The notes under the pieces were generated by a model that was given only the letters and a program-made list of their open reading frames with translations, ran no database searches and had not been told where the DNA came from. The position numbers and the translations under genes are program-made. A stretch of 64,000 bases of DNA from Octopus vulgaris (lineage: Eukaryota). Positions 1-15,800 of this stretch are shown here, in pieces; within the stretch, counting starts at the first letter, position 1; each line of letters begins with the position of its first letter. The stretch is from assembly GCA_951406725.2 (NCBI GenBank), contig OX597814.1, positions 32,426,001 through 32,490,000 on the forward strand, written 5' to 3'.

Positions 1-674
1 AGCATGTGTATATAGACATACCTATATATATATGTATATATGTGTGCTTGATGGTTTGGTTTTGCGTTAAAAGTTATTGTAGAATTAGTAGAATTATTGT
101 AAAAGTGAATAAATGACACAGGAACACAGCACAAATTTTATCGAGAAAATTCAAAAAGACCTAAGACAGAGAAAATAAAGTAAATATGAAATTATTGTTC
201 GTTCCATCCCCATGGGCACGTGCTTACTTCGATACATGTTTAATCCGGTCGCGTATATATATGTATACATATATATATATATACATGTGTGTACAACGAA
301 TAAATTTTATGTACGTAATATAAATACAGTAAATATACAAGAGATCTGCCGCTATGCAATTGGTCGTAGAAATGTATACATGTCCCAGTTCGCAAGCGTG
401 TATTAATGCTTTCTGTGAGCGAAGGATGTATGTGTGTGCGTGTGTGTGATTCCGTTTGTACTCGCGTCTGTTATTATTCTCATAAACTTATGACAATGCT
501 CTTTAGTAATTGTCCACGAACATTGTTGTAGCGTGCTATCTAAAAATGGAAACAATATGAAGATTATACCTATAATTGTATATATATATTCGCACACACA
601 CATATGTACATGCATACATTTTTATATACGCATATACGTATATGTAGGCATATGTGTCTGTGTGTGTGTGTGTG

Positions 675-1056
675 TGGAGGCACAATGGCCCAGTGGTTAG
701 GGCAGCGGATTCGCGGTTCTAAGATCGTGGTTTCGCTTCACAGATCGGGCGTTGTGAATGCTTATTGAGAGAAAACACCTGAAGCTCCGAAAGGCCACGG
801 CAGCGGGTGGGGGCGACCACTGCTATACTGATTGACCTAACATTTCTCTAACTCTTTCTTCCTGTTTCTGGTGTACCTGCGTTTCAAAGGGCCAGCCTTG
901 TCACATTCTGTGTCAGGCTAAATCTCCCCGAGAACTACGTTAAGGGGTACACGTGTCTGTGGAGTGCTCAGCCACTTGCACGTTAATTTCACGGGTGAGC
1001 TGTTCCTTTGATTGGATCAACTGGAACCCTCATCGTCGAAGCCGACGGAGTGCCCC
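675..1056 (+). mobile_element. tRNA-derived SINE (family C)
   Basis: A-box-like TGGCCCAGTGGTTAG and a degenerate B-box (GGTTTCGCTTC), followed by a unique body of about 300 bp that ends at (TA)n. Confidence 0.65.
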
Positions 1057-1122
1057 AATTATATATATATATGTATATATATAAGTATACATATATGTAT
1101 ATATGTATACATATATGTATAC

Positions 1123-1170
<48 letters not shown>

Positions 1171-1191
1171 GTAGATAGGTAGATAGATAAG

Positions 1192-1272
<81 letters not shown>

Positions 1273-1474
1273 CACTCTCTATATCTCTTTCGTCCTGGAT
1301 TGACATTCAGCGCAAGTATCTGTGTGGTGCATATCTATGTTTCTCTATAAAGCTAAATGTATATGTATGTGTGTATGTATCTATGTATATAGATAGATAT
1401 AGTAGACCAATAGTTAGACTGAGACAGACAGATAGACAGTTAGACACATATAGTTATATATGTATGTATATATG

Positions 1475-1550
<76 letters not shown>

Positions 1551-1607
1551 ATAAAACGGTAAGATAACAAAAGAAAGAAAGAGACCTCAATATTATGTAA
1601 ATAGAGG

Positions 1608-1658
<51 letters not shown>

Positions 1659-1720
1659 CGTATATATGTGTGCGTGTTTGTGTGTGTATGCATATAGATA
1701 TATATATATATACATTTGTG

Positions 1721-1751
<31 letters not shown>

Positions 1752-1875
1752 GTATATATATGTATGTATGCATGCATGTATGTATATGTTTATGTGTACA
1801 TATAAGATTGAAATGGACGGCACGACATATTTATTTTGAAATCATTATATATATTGAACACACACATATACATAT

Positions 1876-1921
<46 letters not shown>

Positions 1922-2136
1922 ATGAATGAATTATTTTTATTTATTTTTTAAATTTTTATCTAGTTTCAGCTTACAAGCTGTGGCCATGCTGGGGCCATGT
2001 ATACATCTATATATATGTACTTACAATATTATATACATATATATGCATATACATTTATATATGCATATACATACATATATATGCAGATATATATATATAT
2101 ATATATATACATATAAATGCATATACATATATATAC

Positions 2137-2183
<47 letters not shown>

Positions 2184-2184
2184 C

Positions 2185-2224
<40 letters not shown>

Positions 2225-2328
2225 TTATATACATATATGTATATATATATGTACATACATATACATACATATACATACATATATATATATATACATATAC
2301 ATACATATATATAAACATATAAATTCAT

Positions 2329-2359
<31 letters not shown>

Positions 2360-3100
2360 CTCATACATATATATTTATATATACACACATAGGCACCCAT
2401 ATACATCAACATACACTCAAGTATTCACGTATGTGTTTTTGTAGGTATATATGAACAACTTCACCACAACATGTCTATATACCTACAGCTTCTGCGTTTT
2501 CTTCGACGTTATGTAATACCTTATAAATTCCTATGTGGCCTTTTGGTTATTTTTAACATAAGTTTTGATACTCACACACAGCCAGACTGTGGGAAATGTA
2601 GCAACGAAAATAAACATTATGTAGAAGCAGGTCCCGGCTGTATAGCTATGAAGCTTATTTTAAGTCCATTAAGCCATTAGTTCGATCCCATGGCGTGAAG
2701 TAATTTTCGACGACAGTAAAGGATTGTCAAATAATTTACAAGTGGAATTTGATTACATGTACGTATATGTGTATATAAAAAAACATGTGTACTCGTGTGT
2801 ATGCGCGCCCGTGTGTGTGTCTATATGCATATATATTTATGTATGTATGTATGTATGTATGTATGTATGTATGTATGTATGTATGTATGTATGTATGCAT
2901 GCATGCATGCATGTATGTATGTATGTATGTATGTATGTATGTATGTATGTATGTATGTATGTATGTATGCATGCATGCATGTATGTATGTATGTATGTAT
3001 GTATGTATGTATGTATGTATGTATGTATGTATGTATGCATGTATGTATGTTGGTATCGAAATCCCGTCGAGTTTTTGTTGTTTTTCATTAAAGTCCTGTA

Positions 3101-3139
<39 letters not shown>

Positions 3140-3141
<2 letters not shown>

Positions 3142-3343
3142 GGAGTAAACACATAAATGTGAAACAAGGTGGAAAAAAGAGTACTCAAATACCAGTGGTA
3201 GAGTAATATGCTTTATTTTAAGCAGCAGAAAATTCAACAAAATCTGTTACACTGAGTTTCTCGTTGCCGTTCATACTGATGAACGGCAACGAGAAAACTC
3301 AGAGTAACAGATTTTGTTGAATTTTCTGCTGCTTAAAATAAAG

Positions 3344-3346
<3 letters not shown>
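3140..3346. mobile_element. Penelope-like fragment in (TA)n with an inverted terminal duplication forming a hairpin of about 70 bp
   Basis: 3206-3273 is nearly the reverse complement of 3278-3346. The centre reads CTGATGA-ACG-GCAA-CGA-GAAA(A)-CTCAGAG-TA, which is hammerhead-like. Both sides are flanked by (TA)n. Confidence 0.6.
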
Positions 3347-3374
<28 letters not shown>

Positions 3375-3598
3375 GTATGTATGTATGTATGTATGTATGT
3401 ATGTATGTATGTATGTATATGCATCACAGATACAGTGAAATTTTCTTCGCCAATGTATTAAACCATCCCTGTAAGAAGCGCATATCCTTAAGGAAAGTAA
3501 CATAACTTCTAAGTAACTCATTTTAATTGTGGTAAAACATACATGCATACATACGTAGACACTCACACACGAATACATACGTACGTATGTGTGTGTGC

Positions 3599-3632
<34 letters not shown>

Positions 3633-3666
3633 CTGTATAGGTCTATAATCATACATACTTATGCAC

Positions 3667-3704
<38 letters not shown>

Positions 3705-3799
3705 ACATGTAATATATTTAATATATATAAATTATATACGTGTATACATGTGTTTGTTTGTGCGTGACAAACATATGCACACGCATAATATACAAATTC

Positions 3800-3859
<60 letters not shown>

Positions 3860-3985
3860 GTATGTATGAGAAATACGTTAAGCATAGATATGGAAATAAT
3901 TTTAAGTATATTTGTATATATTTTCATTTATATATGCCAAAATTCCTATATATATATATATGACTTGCAACACAAATTATTAAAC

Positions 3986-4020
<35 letters not shown>

Positions 4021-4057
4021 TATGTGTGTGAGTGTGTGTGTGTGTGTATGTAAGTGT

Positions 4058-4091
<34 letters not shown>

Positions 4092-4115
4092 GTGTGTGTG
4101 TGTGTGTGTGTGTCA

Positions 4116-4277
4116 GGCGCAGGGGTGGCTATGTTGTAAGTAGCTTGCTTACCAACCACATTGTTTCGGGTTCAATTCTACTACGTTACACCTTGGGCAA
4201 GTATCTTCTAGTATAGCCTCGGGCTAACCAAAGCCTTTTGAGTGGACTTGGTAGAAAGAAACTGAAAGAAGCCTCTC

Positions 4278-4338
<61 letters not shown>

Positions 4339-4562
4339 TATATGCATGTATGTATATATGTGTGTGTGACTGTATTTGTCCCCGCACCATCGCTTGACAA
4401 CCGATGTTGGTGTGTTGACGTCCCGTAACTTCGGCAAAGAGACCAATAGAATAAGCACTAGCCTTACAAAGCATAAGTCCTGGGGTCTATTTATTCGACT
4501 AAAGACGGTGTTACTGCGTGGCCATAGTCAAATAACTGAAACAAATAAAAGGATAAAAGAAT
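4116..4562 (+). mobile_element. tRNA/CORE-like SINE family A with an internal microsatellite
   Basis: Pol III A/B boxes (GGGTTCAATTC), CORE-like CACCTTGGGCAAGT, an internal (TA)n(GA)n tract and a shared 3' end ..ACTGAAACAA..AAAAGA. At least six copies occur in the window. Confidence 0.8.
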
Positions 4563-4593
4563 AAGAATGTTTATAAGTATATATGTATGTATG

Positions 4594-4731
<138 letters not shown>

Positions 4732-6835
4732 TATTTGTGTGTGCTTGTGCATTAGTGCGTGTGTAATTCGCTGATATTCATGTATATACTTCGTATAAAT
4801 GTGGTGAATGAAATTCACATAGTTTCCTTCTGTATGCATTTGCGTGTGTGCTTGTGTGCAAGCGTTTTTCTGTGTGCGTGCACGTGTTATTGTGTGTGCG
4901 ATTTTGAGTGGGTGTATTTTGTTTTGGTTATCCTGTATGAGGTTTCAACCTCTGACTGGAACCTGTAATGCAATATATGCTGAAACAATATGTATCTATA
5001 CACATATATACATACATGCACATATAATTGCATACAAAACATCTTTGATTTATTATATTCGAACATACCCAAAATCATAGTAACACAATCAACACAAATA
5101 TACACATATAATATTTGAAAATATGCAATGTAGAAGGAAAAAACACAACACTGCATTCTGACCACGAAAGAGAATGGTAAAAAAGCAAGTAAAGAAGCGA
5201 AAGTATATAGATCGATATACATATTGTCTTATGAAAATAGTGAGGAACTGTCTTCCCCCCACGTATTTCTTCTATATTTTGTTATGTTCGTAGGTTAACC
5301 CCGGGTCAACACTGGTTGCGAATAAACATCTTATTTCTAAGCCTATCAATGAAATTGGTTAATATCTTCTTAACCCTTATTCTAGGTAGTAGGGTGCGAT
5401 TTGTGGTGTGGTGGGGGTCGTTTTTATTGATGCTGTTGTTGTTGTTTTTTTTGCTTTGATTTTGGTTTGTTTTCTTTTCTTTTTTGCTGGGGTAAAAACA
5501 CTCTTATCGGTTTGTATTTGTTCTTTTAAATGTTCTTGTTGGAAGCAAAGATATTAAGAAACACTTTATAGTTTAAAGTAAGTGGTTTCGATTCCTAGTC
5601 AGTGCTTCATTTCTTCATATCGTTCTTATCTGACACCCTTGGGAAATGTATAAGTGCCACAACAGCGGATCACCCTCTACTTCATGTAAAACGAAAAGAA
5701 TACCAAGTTTTAATTCTTATAGAACGAACAATAATTACTGATAAATATTATTTTATCTACCTTTCTTTTAATGAAATATTTTGTGGCCAATGATCGGGTT
5801 TCAATTTGTAATCGAAACCAAATTTTCTGCATTTTATCTTATGTATTTATTTATTTATTTTTCATTAAACACATACTCTATTAATTCCTTATAGAAATAC
5901 ATGACCATCATAACAGCTTAATTCGCTCTATCAACCCTCCCTCACATCACACCCGTTCTATTGTTGTATCTACGACTTCATTTTACAAGTAAAACATTTT
6001 AATTATAATTAAACAAGCGAATAAAAAATAAATCAAAAACGTATGACAAAATAATAGAAGTGGTGAAGTTCATTTGTATACTGGCATTGTGGCACGGTGG
6101 CATTGTGACTTCACGTGGCACAAAGCGATTTAAAAGTTAGTTTTCGGTTCCTAATGCTTTATTAATTAATGTTCTCAAGTTCAATTCCGACTCGCAATCG
6201 TTTGTAATTTTCGTCTCGCTTTTACCCCCTCCGGGAGGTGGGGAGGTATTGGCTGTCGATATGATAAACAGAGTGTTGTGTTTGCCAATGCAATGGAGGG
6301 AGACTCGAGATTCGATCGACTTTACCCCTCCCTCTTAAGAAACTGGCATTATGCCTAGTCGAACGAAATCATTAACCAAGAGAGAAGAAAAGAGGAAAGA
6401 AGGAGACGATGTTGAGAGGAAGAAGAAGGAGGAGGAGAAGAAGGAGGAGGAGAAGGATGAGGAGAAGGAGGAGGGGGGCTATGCACACGCCTCCTAGCCT
6501 CGAAACAGTTCCTACGGCACTGATATCATTTTCAGTCTTGTACGGATGTTATACACACACGCACGTAGGAGGGTCACATATCTCTAACTACACTTGCTAT
6601 AAACGGTGTTGAAATTTTACATATCCATAGCAAACGAGGTAAAACTATCTAAATTTTCTCTGGTCCATTAAGTATTTTGCCTATAAGTGACTTGTATTTC
6701 ATTGTCCCTCATTACTTGCGAGTGAGTGTTTATGCATCTATGTATGTATGTGTGTATGCTTGAATATAAGTTTGTAAATAACTATGTATGTATGTAACTG
6801 TAAGTAAGTGCGAGCGTGTGCCTGTTTTGTTAACC

Positions 6836-6934
<99 letters not shown>

Positions 6935-7457
6935 GTATATATATATATGTATATGCACGTTGTGATGTTCATTCTTCATTTTGTTAATTGTTAATATTTT
7001 AAAAACAAACATTGTGGACAATGAAAATTTTACTTACATATGTCATAGACTGTCAATATTATATACCTGCTTTTCACAAGCATTCAGGAATTTATAAATG
7101 CCTCAATATATGTGCGTACCTGTGAGTGACTATGTATGTATGTATATATGTGTGTATGTATGTATCTAAGTATGTATGTATGCGTGTGGGTGAAATGAAT
7201 GAATGCGTATATGTGCGTGCGTACATGTTAGATTGTGTGTGTAACTATGTGTGCATGTGTATGTATGTGTAAGTGTGTATAGATCAATTTATGGCTACGT
7301 GTATCAGATGTCAATATTCACGATCGCAGTTGAGAATAATTATGATTATAATACTATCGTTGCTGTTGCGTGTGAAGTTTACATAGAAAAAGAACTAGCA
7401 TGCGTGTGCGTGTGTGCGTGTGTGTATGGTGCCTGTGAACATGCACTTGTATACATG

Positions 7458-7495
<38 letters not shown>

Positions 7496-8077
7496 CATAC
7501 AGGTCAGTGTGTGTATCTGTGCTTATGCACACGCATACACACAAAAGGAAATTTGTTAAAACTTGTTCCTCCAATCTTGTATTCTTTGTGTACTCATTGC
7601 TTTTTCCATATAGGCGTGCATTTTTTGTTTGTGTATTTGCATGTGTGTTTACGTGTAATGAGAAATGCGCCGTTGTCAATCTATATACTTATGCAAAATG
7701 TTTTCTTCAATCATCAATGTAATATTTGCTAATAACCATTATTTGTGACAAAGCTTGATTCATTGCGAAATGCGAGGTAAAAGGCTGAAATATATGTTCT
7801 ATTGGGAAAACGTTGCGTATTTAGATGAGCGTACAGTAAAATCGTGAATGTGAGTCTGAAACTGATTGCCTGTACGAGAGTGTGTGTATGTGTGTGTGTG
7901 TGCTGCATCTTCGATTCTTCGATGTTGTTACAATACTTAGTATTGCTGTTATTGAAATGTTAAAGCATTATATAAGAAAACATTTATATATAATGGCGCT
8001 GCCCCAGCATGGCCACGACTCATCAGCAGAAACTAGATCAAACCAAATCATATATATATATATATATATATATAATT

Positions 8078-8283
8078 AGTCCCCCTACCCAGTCTAAAAA
8101 GAAACGAAGAAAAATTAACAAAGCGAGGACGTGGTACATGCAAAGTATTAACAGACGCTCAAGGAAGGAAAGAAAGTTAGTTTTACGTTTCGAGCAAAGT
8201 TCTTCTTCAGAAACAGGGGGCAGAGGAAAGTCCAAGAAAAAAGGAAGACGGAGCGAAAAGAATCCACATGTAGTCACATTTTG
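8078..8283 (-). mobile_element. Penelope-like terminal repeat fragment in (TA)n
   Basis: Unique insert between (TA)n tracts that contains the 8180-8214 hammerhead motif and is related to 49860-50045 and 58540-58737. Confidence 0.5.
8180..8214 (-). ncRNA. Minimal hammerhead ribozyme motif in a Penelope-like repeat
   Basis: The minus strand reads GUUU-CUGAAGA-A-GAAC-UUU-GCUC-GAAA-CG-UA-AAAC. Stem I is GUUU/AAAC, stem III is the palindrome ACGU, and stem II has one mismatch. Confidence 0.6.
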
Positions 8284-8315
<32 letters not shown>

Positions 8316-8320
8316 TATTA

Positions 8321-8408
<88 letters not shown>

Positions 8409-9205
8409 ATGTATATATATATATAACAAATAATCGCCAGAAGTTACCGAGTGTCACAAAAGGCGACAGTTTCGAGCATAGGTACTTATCAGATGCAGAA
8501 AACTTTCAGTCCTTCAGTCACACTCTAATTTCTATCGATCATTAATAAAAATCACATTCTAATTTCTATCGATCAATTAATATAATCGTATTTTGAGTTC
8601 TATTATTCCAGTTACCATTAACTTTGGCAAAAGCAATACCAATCATAATAACACACATATATACACACACACATGTATGTATGTATGTATGTATGTATGT
8701 ATGTATGTATGTATGTATGTATGTATGTATGTATGTATGTATGTATGTGTGTGTATATATATATGTATACATGCATCCTAATCAATATATAAACCTAAAG
8801 AGAGCGAGAGAGAGAGAGAGATGTTGAATATGAGTAGATTTTATTTATATGTGTAGAAGATGGTAGTTCATCATCTCTCTACTCAGAGTTTTGCGCATTT
8901 GTGAGGCCGTCTCTAATATAATGCCTGCTCGATCACGATAACACTGAAGGCGAAAACTTCGATTACCAATACTGAATCAACAGCGCTACATAGATATACA
9001 CGTGCACCCGTGAATATGTGTGTGCATGTTAGTGTGTGTTAGCGTGTATACACATGGATACGTCTACTTGTGAGGAGCCATAATTCCCCTACACTTCTGG
9101 TATATATGTATTTGTGTATATAAATATATATATATATATATATACATATATATGTATGTGTGTGTTTGAGTGTGTGTAAATATATATGAATATGTATATA
9201 TATGT

Positions 9206-9257
<52 letters not shown>

Positions 9258-9324
9258 GTACATATGTATATATGTATTTATATATATATGTAAGTATGTA
9301 AGTATATATGTATATATATATGTG

Positions 9325-9409
<85 letters not shown>

Positions 9410-9562
9410 ATACTTATATGTATGTATACATGTCTATTTTTATATAGATGCATAAAAGAATACACATATATATATATGTGCATATATATGTATGCCGCTA
9501 TATTTATATAGATGTATAAATGTGTATAGAGGTATATATATCTATGTATATTTATGCATATA

Positions 9563-9631
<69 letters not shown>

Positions 9632-9666
9632 GTGTGTGTGTGTAAACATGTAAATACCTTTATACG

Positions 9667-9709
<43 letters not shown>

Positions 9710-9754
9710 GTATATTTGTATGTATATGAATGTATGTATATATACGTAGGTAAG

Positions 9755-9816
<62 letters not shown>

Positions 9817-10172
9817 AATTAAGGACTGAACACGAAAAGTGGACAGTCAACATGCTAGGTATAGACGTCAAATCGTCATTCTCCACAAAAGATTATGTTC
9901 TCAGATCAAACTCAACACAATATATATATATATATATATACATATATATAAATTTATGTATGTTTGTATGTATGTGCACAAAGCTGTCTGTCCGTCGTTT
10001 ATCTTCCTATGTGAATTTAATCTTTGAAGCTTATATCTATATATGTGTTTTATATTGATGTGATGTTGTTTGCTTCGTTCCCATTCGGTCGTTTTTCACT
10101 GTCATCATTATTTTTTCATGTTTTAATTCATATATACGTATTAAGGATGCTGTAATTTATATTGTTTCCCAG

Positions 10173-10249
10173 ATTGAATGCCATTGACAAGGATTGGTTT
10201 CGAATGCCGAAGCCAAAATCTTGTCCGGCAAATACTTTGGCAGGCTCAG
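10173..10249 (+). CDS. Candidate upstream exon of the KCTD1/15-like gene (LNAIDKDWFRMPKPKSCPANTLAGS)
   Basis: Unique 77-nt island among microsatellites with acceptor ttgtttcccAG, donor CAG|GTATTG, an open frame and an in-frame ATG at 10204. It ends in phase 1, matching the acceptors at 21012 and 22977. No homology recognised. Confidence 0.4.
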
Positions 10250-10342
10250 GTATTGAATCTGACTAGTTGATACATAGATATATACTACATACATATATTC
10301 GCACTCACAGACACACAGACATATACACACACACATATATCT

Positions 10343-10402
<60 letters not shown>

Positions 10403-10986
10403 GTGTGTGTGTATACGCTCATGTGCAAAAAATATTTGTTATTTTGTGACAATTTTGCTTCTGTTGTAATGTTTGCATTCGTATATACGGCTATATATAT
10501 ATGCATGACTGAGTGTATAAGTTATATATACATGCTCTCAAATTATCCATTTTAACATTGAAGTTCTTTGATGACCAAAGAATTTTATGTAACAAAAGAA
10601 TCTACAATGTTATTTTTAAGTCTGAGAAGTAAAATATATCTCGGGTATAAAGCAAATATTCTTCTAGGTATAACTATTAAGCCCAATAAATGAGCGTTTA
10701 CAAAACTGAAAACTGGTTAAATATGTAATTATGTGATACTGTGATATTCATTCTGCTCATTCCTTATAGAAAGAATTCCACGAAGGGAAAAGTGCTAAGT
10801 TCAAATCGCGTGTTTGGTTTCTCCATGAAGAAAACCTGATGCACAAGGCAGTCGCGGACACATGGGCATATGTACAATCACACAGATACACGCATAGATA
10901 CGCACACGCTGAGACACATAAGCACACGCACATATACACACAAACACGTGACACGAACAAACAAAACCATGTCATACACACACACG

Positions 10987-11028
<42 letters not shown>

Positions 11029-11302
11029 AATGGAAAGCGCGGTGCGCGAATACAAACAAAGACATTTACACACACACACGCACTCATATTCCACAGGCTG
11101 GCTTAAATATCTATGGGGGTGGAGCTATAAATAAATTGACAAATAAAATAATGATCACACACACATTCGTAACGATACGAAATTTCTGCGTGCTTACAGA
11201 CAATACACCCACACACATACACACACACACTTTCACTCACTCCCCCACACACGCATCTACATGCGTATGATTTTTTGCATCTATACATAGGAACTATATA
11301 TA

Positions 11303-11340
<38 letters not shown>

Positions 11341-11390
11341 AGTGTACTTCCATTTATATATATATATATATATATATATATGCTTTAAAT

Positions 11391-11421
<31 letters not shown>

Positions 11422-11470
11422 ATACATATATACACACACACATATATATGTACATATTTACACACACATT

Positions 11471-11503
<33 letters not shown>

Positions 11504-11602
11504 ATATGTGTAAAATATATATATATATGTATATATATGTGTATATATAGATATATGTGTGTATATATGTGTATATATATATGTGTATATATATATGTAT
11601 AA

Positions 11603-11634
<32 letters not shown>

Positions 11635-11668
11635 TATATATATACATATATATATATGTATATATGTG

Positions 11669-11725
<57 letters not shown>

Positions 11726-11776
11726 GTATGTATATATATATATATATGTATATATATATGTATATATATATGTATA

Positions 11777-11814
<38 letters not shown>

Positions 11815-11983
11815 CGTAAAAGGAATACAAATATACACACAGAAATATTGCACTACTTATTTTTATAAAGAACTGTACTGAAATTGAAACTCAAACTTAG
11901 TACTTCATGATTAAGGATGTGTTTGTGTAGGTGTGCGCGCGGTGGCGTAAGCTTACACACACACACACAATATATATACAGAC

Positions 11984-12016
<33 letters not shown>

Positions 12017-12389
12017 ATTCACGCATCTCCTTTGTTGAGACAATCTTTGGTTTATATGATTTCAAGATGATTTTTACATGAATACAACTTTTATGTAGTA
12101 TATAGATATATTCATGCAGATTAATTTTAGCTAAACAATATCAAGATATGTTATACATATATGTAACACAATCAAGGTATGTTATACACATAGGAACGCC
12201 ATGAGAGTTTTTCCCAGGAAAACTATTACTATATAAAATTTGCTTGTGTATCATGATGATGCATGTGCGAAATGCAATTATATATATGCAAATATTAATT
12301 CACATATTTATGTATAAATACAAATACATATATATATATATGCATATATACTTATGTATACATATATATACACATATATTCACACACAT

Positions 12390-12431
<42 letters not shown>

Positions 12432-12596
12432 GCTTACATTTATCAATTTCTAATCCTCAAAATTTTAAGTAGCGCTTAAATAAATATTAAAATAAATATT
12501 GTTATATGTGTGTGTTTGCGATAAACACTAATTATGAAAATATATATACATTGACACTTATACAAATATTGCGTATGATATACATCCATGTATATA

Positions 12597-12639
<43 letters not shown>

Positions 12640-12696
12640 GTATATGCAAAGACAGATAGAGTGATGGGTAGATAGACAGTTGCCTACATACATAAA

Positions 12697-12733
<37 letters not shown>

Positions 12734-12904
12734 GAATATATATATATGAATTCACGTGTATATATATATATATTTATATACACATATATATATAAACATA
12801 TTTATATATACTTATATACCATTATATATAAACCTATATATATATTTCATACATCTTTACATCGCATCATATAATATATATCAGATAAAAACGTCATATT
12901 TCTT

Positions 12905-12961
<57 letters not shown>

Positions 12962-13845
12962 GTGTTATGTGTGTGCGCGTATGTCTGTGTGTATACACAC
13001 ACAAAATATATTCAATTAAATTTATATATATATGTGTTTGCATGGAAATACCTATTCGTACACGAGTGAGTATGTTGGTTTTTGTGTAGATGTAACTTTT
13101 ACATTTATTGTTTTAGACTGTGGATATATTTTATTACCACCGTTAACTATGAATATGCTTATGAATATTTTGTTTTTTATATTGAAATTCAGAAGAATTA
13201 CATATAAAATATTCTTATACGTACTAGGTGTGTGTTTATCGTTTATCTTTACACAAAAGGAAATGTATATGTGCATATAGACAAGCATATATTTATATTA
13301 AGTAACATGTAAGTAATTATGTATGTATGTATGTATGTATGTATGTATGTATGTATGTATGTATGTGAGTGTGTATGTATGTCACTTGTATTTTTTTTTA
13401 TTTTTTAAAATCTTCCCCTGAGGAGGGAGCCGGTTTCCAACAAAGATACAAGGCTCCTTCATTGGGATGTAGTTAAAGCAAATTAACATTTGGAACTTGA
13501 GAAAAGTCTTGCATATTTTTACTGTTCCATTCATAGATCAGACTTGTATGTATGTACGTGTGTATGTATGTATGTATGTATGTATGTATGTATGTATGTA
13601 TGTATGTATGTATGTATGTATGTATGTATGTGTGTGTGTGTGTGTGTGTATGTATAAACTAACGTTGTAGAGATTGAAACCCGACAACTTTACCTATTTT
13701 TCCATAGATGTACAAAGAACGAACAACTTAATGTAAAATTCGAACAATATTATTTTCTCATCAGTAGTGTCCATGTACACATATTTCTGTACATACATAC
13801 ATATACACATACATGCATACATGTATACATACATACATACATACA

Positions 13846-13879
<34 letters not shown>

Positions 13880-14425
13880 CATACTTAAATAATACATGCA
13901 AACATACAGATACAATCCATCACAGGAACTGTGAAAATCTGTAAAACTTCCAGAAGTTTATCATATATATATATATGAGCATGTCTAGATAGAATACATA
14001 CATAAAGTAAAACATACAAATCTGACCATATACATGCATACATCTATGCAATCAAAAATAGTATGTTGTTGATGTTGAAATTTCAACGAAGGATCCATTG
14101 AATGTAGGTTAGAAACCGGCTCTTTCTCTATTGGCAAGAAATCTTGAAATAAAACTGAACAATGACATACATACACCCAGTTCTGTGTTTCGTAATTATG
14201 TTATATCATGCTAAATCTTATTGGGTTACGAATATTGTTCGGGGGCAATGAATGGATATAATTTTATGTCATGTGTATATTATTTCTATATATTTACATA
14301 TACATTATGTGGTAATATGCACACACACACACACACACACACTGACGGACAGTTATACTTACATACATGCATACAAATGTATATACATACATACATACAT
14401 ACATATATATATATATATATGTGTG

Positions 14426-14584
<159 letters not shown>

Positions 14585-15766
14585 GTAGATGGATAGACAG
14601 GTAGATACATACATACGTACGTATATAAATTATGTGATGTGTACATGTATATGTGAGTGTGTGTATATGTATGTAGATAGATACATACTTAAATGCATAT
14701 ATGTAAACACGCATGTTGATATCTTTGTGTGTGCGTGTATGTGTATGTTTTACATATGTATGTGTAAAGAATTTCAACAAGGTATGTTGTAAAACTTTTT
14801 TCGGTTATCAAGCGTTGTTACGTGATAGTCTGCAACAGATGCTAAAGTTGGTGATGAATCCGGATTACAACTACCAGGTTATTTGAAATATACTATCACA
14901 AATGAAAGAGCAAACTTTTGAAATTAAACATTATCAGCACTCGACTAATAAGCAATATTAAAGCAGTACTGTTAGTATTCTGTTTATATTTACGGCACAA
15001 CTGCATGAGTAATTATAACGATTTGCAAAACTAGAGTTTCTCATTCCATAACTCATTGATTCCCGTTCTTGTCTCAACAAAAATCCCACGGTTTAAAAGA
15101 AATATAAAATCATCATTACATTATATAGCGAACCCAGAGACCATCAAAGAAGGTATGCTCTGGAAGATGCAAATCTATCGCAACATTCATTAAAATGAAT
15201 TTTTCGAGCCCAGTGAGCAAAACACTTGAGCTAACATGGCCTCCTTGTTTATGGAATAGTCATCTACCTAATAAACATGAGATAAACAAGTGGAAGAAAA
15301 AATGATTGGGTCCTCACTATGCAAATAATAAGGAACCTTTCCAGACAGACCCTTATATTTAAACAACAACGTAACTGAGGACGTGGTCGGTAAACTAGAT
15401 CTAACATAAGCTCCGATTGTCAAGGAGGCACGAATAGACCAGCGCTGAACTAGGTAGCATTGTTTCGGACAGAAAGATATTGACCATATTTAACATTGAT
15501 CTAGAAATCAGTGGAAATGATGTTATTAATGAGTATTACTTTAAATATATATGAAAACAATATGATAAAGAATAATTATTTTCTCTATGCAATATAAAAA
15601 GTATATCTTTGTCAAAAATTCATTTATTTTCAAAATCGTTGTTACGAATCATCGAAGTTTTCTTTTTTTTTTTTTTCATTCACATTTCATATTCACTTTG
15701 TCTACGTATAACTGCATTATGTACAGATCACACACACTCTTCCATGACATGCATGCATGTGTGTGT

Positions 15767-15800
<34 letters not shown>

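Noticed and set aside
6409-6612. Arg-rich protamine-like ORF
   Set aside because: Derived from a (GGA/AGA)n purine repeat.
8462-8497. Another hammerhead-like motif on the minus strand (CUGAUAA..GCUCGAAACUGUC)
   Set aside because: The core and stems are too degenerate to call; at most a decayed relic.
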